This document shows positions 1 through 9,985 of a DNA stretch of 64,000 bases, piece by piece. The stretch spans positions 96,001 through 160,000 of the forward strand of contig JBOEGF010000007.1 of the NCBI GenBank assembly GCA_050633305.1, given 5' to 3'. The stretch comes from Nannocystales bacterium. GTDB lineage: Bacteria; Myxococcota_A; Polyangia; Nannocystales; Nannocystaceae. The position numbers and the translations under genes were made by a program. Under the pieces are notes generated by a model, which was given only the letters and a program-made list of their open reading frames with translations, searched no databases and was not told the origin of the DNA. Numbering within the stretch: the stretch's first letter is position 1; every line of letters begins with the position of its first letter.

Positions 1-1101
1 GCTGGGATCGGGGTGGTCGCTCCACTCACTGGCACAGTTGAAGCCGTTGCCGACGAGCTTTCCGACTCCAGCTGCACGACCTTCGTCGTTCTCGGGGATG
101 TTCTCCCCGTTTTGCGCGATACCGATGTTGTGAAACTGGTTGTCCGTGAAGTTCGGCCCGCTGTGACATCCGAGGCACCGGCCCTTCCCAATGAACACAC
201 GTAGGCCGTGACGTTCCTGCTCGGTCAGCACATCGTTCTCGGTATCCCCGTTCGACAAGGCGAGCCAGAACTCATCAAACCGTGAGTCGCGGCTCACCAG
301 CAGACGCTCGTAGGCAGCGAGCGCCTTGCCGAAGTTGACGTACACCTCGGTCACCGAGTCACGCACGTCCTCGGGCAGCGCATCCCATTCTTTTTCGCCC
401 GGCTTGAGCGCGGGGTCGACGATGGGGTCCCCGGCAGCGTCGCGGAGTTCCGGGAGCGGCCCGAAGACCGACTCGTACTCCTCTGCATACTCGTCGAGTA
501 TCAGCAGCGCGATGCCAGATCGGGTGCCACCCATCACCACGGCGCTCTCGGGCGGCCCAAGAGCTTGGCCCCATTGGCTATCGGCTCGACCGTCCCACAG
601 CTGCCAGTTCGTCTCGTTCTCGGCTGCCGCACCGTATGCGCCATTGAAGAGCGCGATGGATGCCCGTCCCGTGACCGACATCCCCAGGGAGGTGTTGGCA
701 CGTGAGTCTCCGAACCCATCTGTGGGCTCATGGCACGTCGCGCAGGAGATTTCCCCGTTTCCAGAGTACCGCGTATCAAAGAACAGCTTCAATCCGAGCG
801 CGGCGGCGGCGGGGTCATCGGCGTAAGCGTTGCTCAGATCTGGTGGTGGGGCGTCCGGCATCGGGCCCAACCACGCCAGGATGATCTCGACTTCCTTGTC
901 TGAGAAAACGCTGGGATCGACTTCAACCTCGGGGTCGGTGTCGCCGGTCTCTGTGCCCTCGGTGTCGGTCATGTCTTGCTCGGGAGGAGCGTCTGCATCC
1001 GAGCAGCCAGCCACCGGTGCTGAAACCAGTGCCCCCAATAGTGCGAAGCGGGTCGCGCGGGGGAATGTGAGAGGTGTCGACTGGGACAATCGGAGGTCCA
1101 T
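1..1101 (-). CDS. Di-heme cytochrome c peroxidase/MauG-family lipoprotein (3' end runs off the window)
   Basis: Manual translation from ATG at 1101: lipobox VAGC, LGLKLFFDTRYSGNGEISCATCH, QLWDGRADS, and a second heme site GKGRCLGCHSGPNFTDNQFHNIG. Absent from the ORF track because there is no stop in the window. Confidence 0.9.
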   Translation of the reverse strand, partial: MDLRLSQSTPLTFPRATRFALLGALVSAPVAGCSDADAPPEQDMTDTEGTETGDTDPEVEVDPSVFSDKEVEIILAWLGPMPDAPPPDLSNAYADDPAAAALGLKLFFDTRYSGNGEISCATCHEPTDGFGDSRANTSLGMSVTGRASIALFNGAYGAAAENETNWQLWDGRADSQWGQALGPPESAVVMGGTRSGIALLILDEYAEEYESVFGPLPELRDAAGDPIVDPALKPGEKEWDALPEDVRDSVTEVYVNFGKALAAYERLLVSRDSRFDEFWLALSNGDTENDVLTEQERHGLRVFIGKGRCLGCHSGPNFTDNQFHNIGIAQNGENIPENDEGRAAGVGKLVGNGFNCASEWSDHPDPS

Positions 1102-1705
1102 CGGGTGGTGCTGCCTTGTCTGCGAATGCCAGCTCGGAGGCCGAACTCCTGGCTTGGTTGGACTCAAGTGAACAACGGCCGGCCGAACGGTGTGCGGCTT
1201 TCGCTGAGTTGAATTAATGTACATAAGGGTAACCCCGGTTATGGTCAACTCCTCATGTGTCCGCATCTGGGCCGGGTGGCATTCATCATTCTTGACCCGC
1301 TTCTCCTCAGGGATCGGCCAGCCAGCCCCCCGGAGATGCCCCTGTAGGGGGTGTTGTAGACAAAATGGTTAGAGCTGAGTGCTTCTATTCGTTCGGTCGA
1401 CGATGGACCTCGGTGGACGGAATGGTAGGAATGCGTCGGCGCGGAGCCGATGGGTGCGTGGGGGCGACACGCGGGGGCAACGCTCCGGGGGCCTGCAGCA
1501 GGCACGGAGCAAACGAGGCGCAGGGGCACGGCCGGAGGCTCCGAAGGGGGGCAGACTGCTCCTCGTGGCTGTTCGCTGCGTTGCGCAGGGGAGGGTGAGG
1601 GCGGGGCCGGAGGTGTGGGCTGAAGGTCTGCCCAGAGCGTAGGGCTGCTCGAATTGGTGCTCTTTTCCGTGACGCTGGCGGACGCTGAACTGCGCACCCC
1701 CCGAG

Positions 1706-1746
1706 TCGCGAGCGACGGCGGTCGCTCGCGAAGACACTTCTATAAT
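1706..1746 (+). promoter_or_regulatory. Perfect 11-bp inverted repeat followed by a consensus TATAAT -10 element
   Basis: tcgcgagcgac-ggcg-gtcgctcgcga (1706-1731); TATAAT at 1741-1746; no good -35. Confidence 0.35.
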
Positions 1747-2575
1747 GTCTCGAGAGATCGACATTCCGGACACCCGGATTGTCGTGAGCGTTCATCTCTA
1801 TTCTCTCGGATCGTCGTTGCGCAACCGGTGAGTTTTCTGCGGACCCCGGCCTCTCGCGTCCCGCGTTGAGGCGCCCGAGTCAGGTGCGTCCGATGCACGC
1901 GATCGTTCGCGGACGAACTGTTGACCCGCGGTCGCTGTGGCGATTCGTGCTGGCCTGACTGACGCTCCGGTTGACGGGCTCCGATTCGTCGGCGAGGCGC
2001 GGCTGTCAAAAACATGACCCCCGGCGGTCCCACTCTTCGCAGACAGGGGAACACCTCCGATACGGTTGTCCAGGCTCACGTACGGACAGGTCGCAGAGCT
2101 GGAAGCCAGGGGCAAAGATCCCCGAACCGTCATAGAACGGTGATTTCGCCAAAAGAACTGTGTTCTAGATTGCAGCGTTCGACTTCAGCGTCAACGGTTC
2201 GACTATCCGACGTCCGGCATCGGTATCTCGTCGTCACTTCCAGCTGTCGAGCCGTCGGACCATATGGGGACGCGTTCTGTCGCGGATTAGGGACGGGGAT
2301 ATTGCTTGCAGAGCCCGTGGGCCGAACTCCGAAACTGGGTGTAGCCGGCGGAATACGCAAACAACGCGGAGGCCCGGCGGCAGGTCGACTGTCGGTTTGA
2401 TCGGCGTGCGCGCAGGTCCGGGGGGCAGCCCCGGGGCCGTATTCGAGCGATAATGCCACCGGGACTTGGGCCGGCTCGACTGCCCACAATGTTGGGACCG
2501 CTTTTTGCACAGGTGGTCGGTTGCTCACCGAGCTCGTTCGTAGGGACGACAGACGCGGCGGGCGGGAACACCACA

Positions 2576-4288
2576 ATGGAAGCGCACAAACTCACCTCCA
2601 CCCAACGTTCAATCCCTCTGCTCGCTCAAATGCTTGTTGTGATCATCCCGGTTGCCGGCTGTGAGGGCGATTCGGCGGCTCGCAACGACGCGATCTATCT
2701 CAGTGAGCCACCGGCACCCATCGATGATGGCAACAAACTCTCGCAGTACGTCGCGCAATGCGAGGCGGTCCTTGGCACGATCCCGGAGATCAGCTGCGAC
2801 CCAGCCAACCCGAGCCCAGGCACCAACGTCACCAGGATCCCGGTGTTTGTGGACGGATACCTGCTTGGATTTGGCGGAGGCCGCGATGAGGAGGAGTTCG
2901 CACGCAGGGCTGCCGAGGATGACTACAGCTGCGATTTCCCCAGCATTGGTGGTGACTTCGCCTGCTCCGTGGGGTCGACGCTCGTCCAGTATCAGAGCGA
3001 GGACAACCCCAACGTGCAATGGGTGGGGCTGTGCCGGGGGGCGCCAGGCGATCGCCCGGACTACAACCGATTCATCGGCAATGGACTCATCGGGGCAAAC
3101 ACCGTCACCGGTGAGATGTGCTTCTTCTTCGGGGCGAACGATGATGTCGACGAACCCTACGTTTTGCCCAAGCTTTCGAGTGAGGTGGCGTCGGAGGAGG
3201 AGTTGTCACCCTGGTTACCACCGCAGGAGATGCCGGGCTCGTGTCTATCCTGCCACCCCAACAACGACCCCTGGGTGATGACACCGTGGCTGCAGCCGAG
3301 CTACATGGGGCAGGTCCTCACCAGCGACGATTACCCGCTGGAGCTGCCCGACGGTGTGGGCTTGGAGGATGTCATGGCGGCTCGGTTCATCCAGCAGACG
3401 GACCCCCGGTACAAATCACTTCTGCCTGACCCGCTGCCCGAGGGACGGACGGCATGGACCGAGGAGGAGATCTTTGGGGAGGGTGGTGAGCTGGTCCACC
3501 GTCAATACCGTGCCGTCGGCTCGAGCTACGTGGCGAACGAGGCGGCGGGGACGGTCGCGAACCGGTCCGGGGTGAAGGACCCGGCGTGGGAGATCAACTT
3601 CCGGGAGCGACTGCGTCTGCAGCCTGCGGAGTCCAGCTGCGCCCAGGGATGTCATGCCTTGGCCAACTCCCACTTCGCGAAGATGGCGATGGACTCGTTC
3701 GGGGACAAGTACGCGAGCAAGTACCTCTCCGAGAGCATGCGTGAGGACGGGTTCCCGGGCGGGACATGGATGCCTCCCGGAGGTGGGTCGGCTGAGCCTT
3801 GGCTGACGATGTTCGAAGAGGGGGAGGCCTCGGTCCCGGCGATCACGGAGTGTCCGATCCCCAAGCGTGTGGACGAGGCTGTCACGGTTGTGGCGCGATG
3901 TGAGCCGGATGAGGATGGCGGATTCGTCGGCGTCGTCGACGTCCAATGGAACTACGTCAACGACTACGGGGATGTACCAGGCCGCGACGACATTCGATTC
4001 GATATCGCGGTGAGCTCGGGTGACGAGGCCGAGTTCCACGGCCGGGCCCCCAACGGTGGGCCCGAGGGGGTCCGGATGGAAGCGACGACCGCCAACACCT
4101 CCGTCGCGCGGGATTTTGCACCCCGGACGAAAGGCGGGTCCGAGTATCGCGTGCAGTTGCCCGTGGCGGGTGACGGGGTCGTTCGTGTTGAGCTTCAGCC
4201 CAAGCGCTACTGCTTCGAGGAGCCCGACCGTCGTCCGTTTGCGTACGCTCAGCCCAATGTCACCGAAGTCGAACTCGACTGCGAGTAG
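2576..4288 (+). CDS. Hypothetical Cys-rich lipoprotein with c-type heme motifs
   Basis: Lipobox VAGC; CLSCH (CxxCH) and CAQGCH (CxxxCH); start placed at MEAHKL. Confidence 0.75.
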   Translation: MEAHKLTSTQRSIPLLAQMLVVIIPVAGCEGDSAARNDAIYLSEPPAPIDDGNKLSQYVAQCEAVLGTIPEISCDPANPSPGTNVTRIPVFVDGYLLGFGGGRDEEEFARRAAEDDYSCDFPSIGGDFACSVGSTLVQYQSEDNPNVQWVGLCRGAPGDRPDYNRFIGNGLIGANTVTGEMCFFFGANDDVDEPYVLPKLSSEVASEEELSPWLPPQEMPGSCLSCHPNNDPWVMTPWLQPSYMGQVLTSDDYPLELPDGVGLEDVMAARFIQQTDPRYKSLLPDPLPEGRTAWTEEEIFGEGGELVHRQYRAVGSSYVANEAAGTVANRSGVKDPAWEINFRERLRLQPAESSCAQGCHALANSHFAKMAMDSFGDKYASKYLSESMREDGFPGGTWMPPGGGSAEPWLTMFEEGEASVPAITECPIPKRVDEAVTVVARCEPDEDGGFVGVVDVQWNYVNDYGDVPGRDDIRFDIAVSSGDEAEFHGRAPNGGPEGVRMEATTANTSVARDFAPRTKGGSEYRVQLPVAGDGVVRVELQPKRYCFEEPDRRPFAYAQPNVTEVELDCE

Positions 4289-4406
4289 CGCACGGTGGCG
4301 GAGCTCGAACAACCGAAGGCGTGGTCAGGGACGCCACGCCTTCGACGAGTCGATACAGCCCTGCGATGCTTTCTTTCGCACCGCGCGGGGGCCTCTGGTC
4401 GCTCGA

Positions 4407-5321
4407 CTACCCGGCGATTGCTCCGAGCATCGGGTCATTGCGGGCAACGTCTGCTGCACCAGCGAGCGCGGCCACGTGCGCCTCGGATAGGCCAGGCCCA
4501 TGGGGGCACGGGTTCTCAGACAGTCGTTCAGCCCGCTCGCTCTCCGAGCTCCCACCCAGCCTATCCACATGGTCCGCCATTGCGACGACTGTCGCGAGGG
4601 GTTCGTCGCTCTGTCCTGGCTTGTGGTGATGACGTGCGCACTCCCTCACCGTTGCTCCCAGGCCCCAGCGCTCCAGGAGCAGCGTGCCCAAGGCCCCGTG
4701 GGCCCCGTTCCCCACACGACGTGCCACCTCGGGATCCCACAGCCGCGAGTCCTTTCGACCATACTCCGCCAGGGCATTCAGCACGACGAGTCGGCCCGCG
4801 TCGTGAAAAAGACCGGCGAGGAACCCTTCGCTCGCATCGATCTTCATCATTCGGCAGATGTAGCTGCTCAGCACCGCGACCACGAACCCGTGCTTCACTT
4901 CTTCTTGGGCAGGCTCGTCGAGTGGCGGACATCGAAACACGCCCGCGAGCGAGACGGCGAAGGCAAGGTCCCGCATGCCTCTGACCCCCAGCCGCATCGA
5001 TGCCTGGGCGAGGTCTTGCGGTGCACGATTGCCGAACGCCGCAGACCCGGCCGCCTTGAGTACCCGCCCCGCGAGCTCAGGCTCTCGCTGAACCAACGCC
5101 AGCGCCGCGCCGATATCGGGGTCGGTGGATGACGCGAGGCGCCCGAGTTCCACTGCGACCCGAGGGAGCGGTTTGATCTTGAGCCTGTCGGCTCGAAAGT
5201 CCTCGACGATCCGGCAGGCGGTTGCCTTCGCGAGCTCCGCCTCATCGCTTGCCGCGCTGATCGAGTACACCCGTTGCTTGATGACTTTTCCCCGCAGTTG
5301 TTGCCGCACGAGGACTGTCAT
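4407..5321 (-). CDS. HDOD-domain signal transduction protein
   Basis: LPRVAVEL, EPELAGRVLKAAGS, ASMRLG, FLAGLFHDAGRL, LLERWGL...HHH. Confidence 0.85.
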   Translation of the reverse strand: MTVLVRQQLRGKVIKQRVYSISAASDEAELAKATACRIVEDFRADRLKIKPLPRVAVELGRLASSTDPDIGAALALVQREPELAGRVLKAAGSAAFGNRAPQDLAQASMRLGVRGMRDLAFAVSLAGVFRCPPLDEPAQEEVKHGFVVAVLSSYICRMMKIDASEGFLAGLFHDAGRLVVLNALAEYGRKDSRLWDPEVARRVGNGAHGALGTLLLERWGLGATVRECARHHHKPGQSDEPLATVVAMADHVDRLGGSSESERAERLSENPCPHGPGLSEAHVAALAGAADVARNDPMLGAIAG

Positions 5322-5770
5322 CGACAACGTGGCCGAGTCGGTTGAGCGCAATCGGTGCGCCCTCCGAATTGAGCGCTCGGGGCGAGGTCCCTCCTATCCG
5401 GGGCTGCGATGCTCGATTAGCTGCCAATCCCGGCTCCGATGACGCAAAAACTGCGGATTCCGGATGTACGTAGCTTCGCACGATCAGCGAACCCCTGAAG
5501 CGCAGCGGAGCCGCTGCGAGCGCGAGCGTTCGCCCCGCGGCCTGCTACGAGAACAGATCTCGGACCCGCCGGATTGAGGGGTGGTGGTCGAACTCCGGTG
5601 GAACGATGTCCCCGGACCGGGAACACCGTGTGTACGGGCGCGGCCGACATCCGCGTCTGACCCGCGGTGGCCGAGATTAGGACGGCCCGTAGGGAGCGTC
5701 CCTAGATTCAGCTCGCCTGCATGACACCGCCCCCGAACGACATTGCGTCGCTCCTCGCCGGTCGCTTGTG

Positions 5771-6442
5771 CTACGGGAGCGCGACCGGGATTTCGACGAG
5801 GGCTTCGATGCGCTTGTGAACGGCCTCGATCGCGCCTTGGGGGCTCATGGTCACGTAGTACTCGACGCCGCCGCTTTCGACCTCCGCCGTCACGATATCC
5901 AGACTCGGGCCTTTCTTGGTTTCGACCTCGAGGAGCTTGCCGTCGGGGTAGGCGGACTTCACCGCCGCGGTGATCTGCGGGGGAACGTCCGCCATCTCGA
6001 GCTCGCACTCCTGGTAGCGCAGCGTTCTATCCGGCGTCGCGGAGACTTCGCATTCTTGGCCATCGGCGGTCTTGACCTCGACCTCGTGGACGATGCCGGC
6101 GTCGGCGTAAAACTCGGTCTCGTAGGCGACGATGGTGGCGCCCGGGTACAGCTCCATGGCCTTGGCCTTGACGACCTCGGAAACCGCGGAGGCGTCGTCG
6201 TGGTAGATGGCCTGCTTGATCAGCGCGCCCTGCTCGTCGAGTCGGAACTCGAACTCCTCGACGGTGTGCGCCGTGACGGCGATCCGGGCGACGGTCTCAT
6301 GCAGGCCAGTGCTGGGGGTCGCCACTGCGGGACTCATCGATGGCGATGGGGGCTGGGCATCCACCGGGCTCGCGGTCTCCGACGGGGTGACGCAGCCGGG
6401 CGACAAAGCCGAGAGCAAGAGGGTGGTGCACAGAGCTCGCAT
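5771..6442 (-). CDS. Lipoprotein with PepSY/BLIP-like repeats
   Basis: Lipobox SPGC; repeated VPPQITAAVKSAYPDGKLLEVE / VSEVVKAKAMELYPGATIVAYE units. Confidence 0.65.
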   Translation of the reverse strand: MRALCTTLLLSALSPGCVTPSETASPVDAQPPSPSMSPAVATPSTGLHETVARIAVTAHTVEEFEFRLDEQGALIKQAIYHDDASAVSEVVKAKAMELYPGATIVAYETEFYADAGIVHEVEVKTADGQECEVSATPDRTLRYQECELEMADVPPQITAAVKSAYPDGKLLEVETKKGPSLDIVTAEVESGGVEYYVTMSPQGAIEAVHKRIEALVEIPVALP

Positions 6443-6492
6443 GCCCCGACTCTGAGGCACGTCGGCGCCTCGCACAAGTTCAGCGGACGGCC

Positions 6493-7446
6493 TTAGAAAG
6501 GCCGGTCGGCGAAGCTGTCGGTGGCCTTGACGAGCGCGCGAAGAATCCCCGGCTCATTGGCCGAGTGCCCTGCATCGTCCACCAGGGTCAGGCTGGACTC
6601 GGGCCACGCTTGGTGTAGCCGCCAGGCATTGCGCGGCGGACAGATGACGTCGTAGCGGCCGTGCACGATCACGCCTGGGATGTCCCGCATGACATCGATG
6701 TTGTCGAGCAACTGTGTGTTCGATTCGAGGAAGCCGTTGTTGACGAAGTAGTGGCACTCGATCCGAGCGAACGCGAGTGTGAACGAGGACTCATCGCAGT
6801 GACGGACGAGATCGGGGTCGGGCATCAAGGTCGCGACTCGGCACTCCCACAAGCTCCACGCACGGGCTGCGGCGGCGCGTGCCTTGGGGTCATCTCCGGT
6901 CAGCCGCTTGTGGTACGCGCCAACGATGTCGTCGTGTTCCTCGGGGGGAATCGCCGCGAGAAAGTCCGCGTACGCGTCGGGGAAGAGCATCCGAGTTCCG
7001 TCGCGGTAGAACCAATCCATCTCGTCCTTGGCGAAGGTGAAGATGCCTCGCAGGACGAGTTCGGTGACGCGCTTGGGGTGCTTCTGCGCGTAGGCGAGCG
7101 CGAGCGTGCTGCCCCAGGAGCCACCGAAAACTTGCCAGCGTTCGATCTCGAGGTGCTCTCGGAGCGCCTCGATGTCCTGGACGATGTGCCAGGTCGTGTT
7201 GTCGGTCAGGGACGCATGTGGGCGGCTCTTGCCGCAACCACGCTGGTCGAGCAGCACGATCCGGTATTTCTTCGGATCGAAGAACCGGCGATGCTTGGGC
7301 TCTGTACCCCCGCCGGGACCGCCGTGGAGAAACACGACGGGCTTGCCGTCGGGGTTGCCCGAGACCTCCCAGTAGATCTCGTGGACCTCGTCGACACGTA
7401 GAAGCCCCGACGCATGGGGTTCGATCTCGGGGTACAGCGTCGTCAC
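6493..7446 (-). CDS. pip: Proline iminopeptidase (S33)
   Basis: LYPEIEP, HGGPGGG, DQRGCGKS, GGSWGSTL, GRYDVIC, AGHS. Confidence 0.95.
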   Translation of the reverse strand: MTTLYPEIEPHASGLLRVDEVHEIYWEVSGNPDGKPVVFLHGGPGGGTEPKHRRFFDPKKYRIVLLDQRGCGKSRPHASLTDNTTWHIVQDIEALREHLEIERWQVFGGSWGSTLALAYAQKHPKRVTELVLRGIFTFAKDEMDWFYRDGTRMLFPDAYADFLAAIPPEEHDDIVGAYHKRLTGDDPKARAAAARAWSLWECRVATLMPDPDLVRHCDESSFTLAFARIECHYFVNNGFLESNTQLLDNIDVMRDIPGVIVHGRYDVICPPRNAWRLHQAWPESSLTLVDDAGHSANEPGILRALVKATDSFADRPF

Positions 7447-7482
7447 CGGCAGAGCTTTGCAGGTTTGCGCCGCGCTGACCAC

Positions 7483-8169
7483 TCAGTCTTCGACGATCAC
7501 CGCGGCGCCTGAGCTGCCACGTCGACCTTCCGAGCTGTCGATCCGCCCGACCACGACGGCGACGTCCTCCCCGGAGGTGGAGTTCGCGATCTCGCGAGCA
7601 CAGACTTCGGGTTCCAGCGCTTCCTGCAACATGATCTCGGCCAGCAGCGACTTGTGGATCGACCGGTAGGTCTGCGCTGTACACAGAAGGAGCTGGTCGC
7701 CGTGCTGCGGGGTGAACCGAACGAGATCGAGCTGCAGCGCGAGATTGCCTCCCGCAGCCCCGGAGAAGTCATCGACGGGGTCCTTGGTGAGCTGGCTGAT
7801 CGTCGTGCCCCGGACTCGATACACGCGGTTGGGTCCGACGTTGCCCACGACGATCTGGTGGCCGTCGAAGTGCGCGGCCGCAAAGGCGGCCTCCATCCCC
7901 CGGTAGAAAGGGTCGATCGAAGAGGTGCGACGGATCGCGTCGTGGACTCGGGTGCCTGCGAGATTCCAGCGCTCGGCGGGATCGGTGGGGCCGGGTCCGG
8001 ACAGGGCGAGGGGAAGCAGGTCGACGGCGACCTCGGCGGCGAGGCCCCCGCCGGAGAACCCACCGCGTCCGACGGCGAGCACGCCGAGTTGTGATCCGGC
8101 GCGGTAGCGGTTGAGCGACTCCGGGCCTCCGCGGGCGAAGCCGGTAAAAGTGACGGCGGTAAATTCCAT
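7483..8169 (-). CDS. PP2C/PPM-fold protein with degenerate catalytic motifs
   Basis: GNVGPNRVYRVRG..ISQLTKD and GDQLLLCT fit the PP2C fold; the DG motifs are absent. Confidence 0.7.
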   Translation of the reverse strand: MEFTAVTFTGFARGGPESLNRYRAGSQLGVLAVGRGGFSGGGLAAEVAVDLLPLALSGPGPTDPAERWNLAGTRVHDAIRRTSSIDPFYRGMEAAFAAAHFDGHQIVVGNVGPNRVYRVRGTTISQLTKDPVDDFSGAAGGNLALQLDLVRFTPQHGDQLLLCTAQTYRSIHKSLLAEIMLQEALEPEVCAREIANSTSGEDVAVVVGRIDSSEGRRGSSGAAVIVED

Positions 8170-8191
8170 GTGCCGTGGGTGCGGTGAAAGC

Positions 8192-8677
8192 CTACCGCGA
8201 AGCGGCGGCGAAGGCGTCGATGAGGGCCGCGGGGGCTTGCACGAGCTCGATGAGAACCCCGCATCCTCCCTGTGGTGTGGCCTCGTTCCCTTTGGGGTGG
8301 ATGAAGCAGACGTCGAACCCGGACGCGCCCTTGCGAACGCCGCCGGGCGTGAAGCGGACACCACGCTCGCCCAGCCAAGCGACCGCGGCTTGCAGGTTGT
8401 CGATCCAAAGCCCCACGTGATTGAGGGCGGGGTCGGCGACGCGGGGTCGCTTGTCTGGATCGAGCGGCATCATCAAATCGATCTCACAAACACCCAGTCC
8501 GGCGCCAATCTCCGCGATGTCTTCGTCGACGTTCTCGTTCTCGGACGTGTAGTTGCCCTTGGGCGTGGCACCGAGCAGGTCGACCCACAGCGTGCGCAGG
8601 GGGGCCTTGTCGAGCGCGCCGACGGCGATCTGCTGAATGCCCAACACGCGAAATGGCCGGGCTACGGCTGTTTCCAT
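8192..8677 (-). CDS. VOC-family protein, methylmalonyl-CoA epimerase-like
   Basis: [46 protein letters not shown]. Confidence 0.8.
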   Translation of the reverse strand: METAVARPFRVLGIQQIAVGALDKAPLRTLWVDLLGATPKGNYTSENENVDEDIAEIGAGLGVCEIDLMMPLDPDKRPRVADPALNHVGLWIDNLQAAVAWLGERGVRFTPGGVRKGASGFDVCFIHPKGNEATPQGGCGVLIELVQAPAALIDAFAAASR

Positions 8678-8737
8678 GCGTTGGAAGCTACCACGCGCTC
8701 CGTTGACAGGAGGCCGTGGGGTCTTCACCTTAAAGAA

Positions 8738-9340
8738 GTGATTTGGGCGGTGCTGTGGTCGGGGCTTGCGGGGCTTGCTGTGGTCGGCGTGGTCATGACA
8801 GCGGCCGAGATTCAGGCCGCGGGGACGGACGACGCGTACTTTCGGGGATCGACCCGTCTGTGGCTGTTCGTCGCCACCGTGATCGCCGCGATGAGTCTTG
8901 CGATTGCGCCCTCGATCCTGGGGATGGGGACGCCCGCATCCGTGCAAGCCACCGTCCTGGGGTTCGCGTCTCTACCCGCGGTGATCGCAGTCCTGGCGTG
9001 CCTGCACAACGCGCTGGCCCTGGTCCGGGTTCGAAATCGGCGCTCGGACGCGCTGGTCCATGGCTCCGAGTTCGACGCCGTGGTGGTCGAGCGTGAGCAC
9101 AAGCCATTCGCGCACGACATCCTCTCGATTACGATCGAGACGACGTTGCCCGCTGCTGGGATGATGCCCCACCAGGGCGGGTACCGTACCGAGGCCGACA
9201 ACGGCATGCGGGCGCTCCGTCTGGTGGAGACCTGTCCCGGCGATCAGTGGGGCCGGCTGGCACCGGGTCGTCGGGTCCGGGTCCGAGTCGATCCGCGCGA
9301 CCCTTCGCGCTATGCGCTGGTGTTGTTCGAGGCTGCGTGA
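8738..9340 (+). CDS. Hypothetical membrane protein (3 TM plus C-terminal OB-like [11 protein letters not shown])
   Basis: Hydrophobic segments; TTGACA at 8703 and CACCTT at 8726 upstream; start inferred. Confidence 0.55.
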   Translation: MIWAVLWSGLAGLAVVGVVMTAAEIQAAGTDDAYFRGSTRLWLFVATVIAAMSLAIAPSILGMGTPASVQATVLGFASLPAVIAVLACLHNALALVRVRNRRSDALVHGSEFDAVVVEREHKPFAHDILSITIETTLPAAGMMPHQGGYRTEADNGMRALRLVETCPGDQWGRLAPGRRVRVRVDPRDPSRYALVLFEAA

Positions 9341-9927
9341 CCCGCGTGCATGCGGGCCTGCGCCGGGGCATCCGCGATCACGGACGCCTCGTGGCGGGCG
9401 ATCTCCGTCAGCCGCAGCTCGAGGGCGTTGGCGTCGGCGAGGCCCAGTTCTCGGATGAGCTCGAGGTACGAGGCGTGATGCCGAGCCTCGCTGGCCAGAA
9501 GCCCCCGGTAAAGATCAGAGAGTTCCGGATCTCGGTCGACGAGCGCCTCCGCCAGCAACCGCATCCGTTCGCAACTGCGCGCTTCGATCATCGCGCAGCA
9601 CAGAAGCGTATCGAGCAGTCGAAGGGGCTCCTGCGGGCGTACGACCTTCATCAGCTCGGAGGCGTACGTGCTGGGTGCCTGACGACCGAACTCGATGCCG
9701 CGCTGTCGGAGGTGTCCCAGGACCAACTCAAAATGGGCGAGTTCCTCCCGCGCCAGGCGGGACAGCGGGACCATGAGCGGGAGTTTGTCCTGGTAGCGGA
9801 AGATCAGGTTCATCGCAGTGGATGCGGCCTTCTTCTCGCAGTGGGCATGGTCCAACAGGACGTCATCCATGTGCTCCACAGCCCAGGGCGCCCATTGCGG
9901 CGCAGTGGCTTCGGCCAAGTGCAGCAT
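9310..9927 (-). CDS. miaE: tRNA-(ms2io6A37) hydroxylase
   Basis: LLDHAHCEKKAA, LAREELAHF, IEARSCER, LLASEARH di-iron motifs. Confidence 0.93.
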   Translation of the reverse strand: MLHLAEATAPQWAPWAVEHMDDVLLDHAHCEKKAASTAMNLIFRYQDKLPLMVPLSRLAREELAHFELVLGHLRQRGIEFGRQAPSTYASELMKVVRPQEPLRLLDTLLCCAMIEARSCERMRLLAEALVDRDPELSDLYRGLLASEARHHASYLELIRELGLADANALELRLTEIARHEASVIADAPAQARMHAGHAASNNTSA

Positions 9928-9985
9928 GGGCGTGACCGTACGCGCCCAGGGGGCAACCCGCGACGGGTCGCGGTACCCTGCGGCC

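Noticed and set aside
1130..2440. Possible cobalamin riboswitch (fragments ctcctggctt, ggcaggtc)
   Set aside because: The conserved B12-box and ACAGTnGCG/TTCCC elements are not found in the right order and spacing
5352..5770. 420-bp intergenic region as an ncRNA
   Set aside because: Only short GC stems; no tRNA, SRP, 6S, RNase P or tmRNA signature recognised
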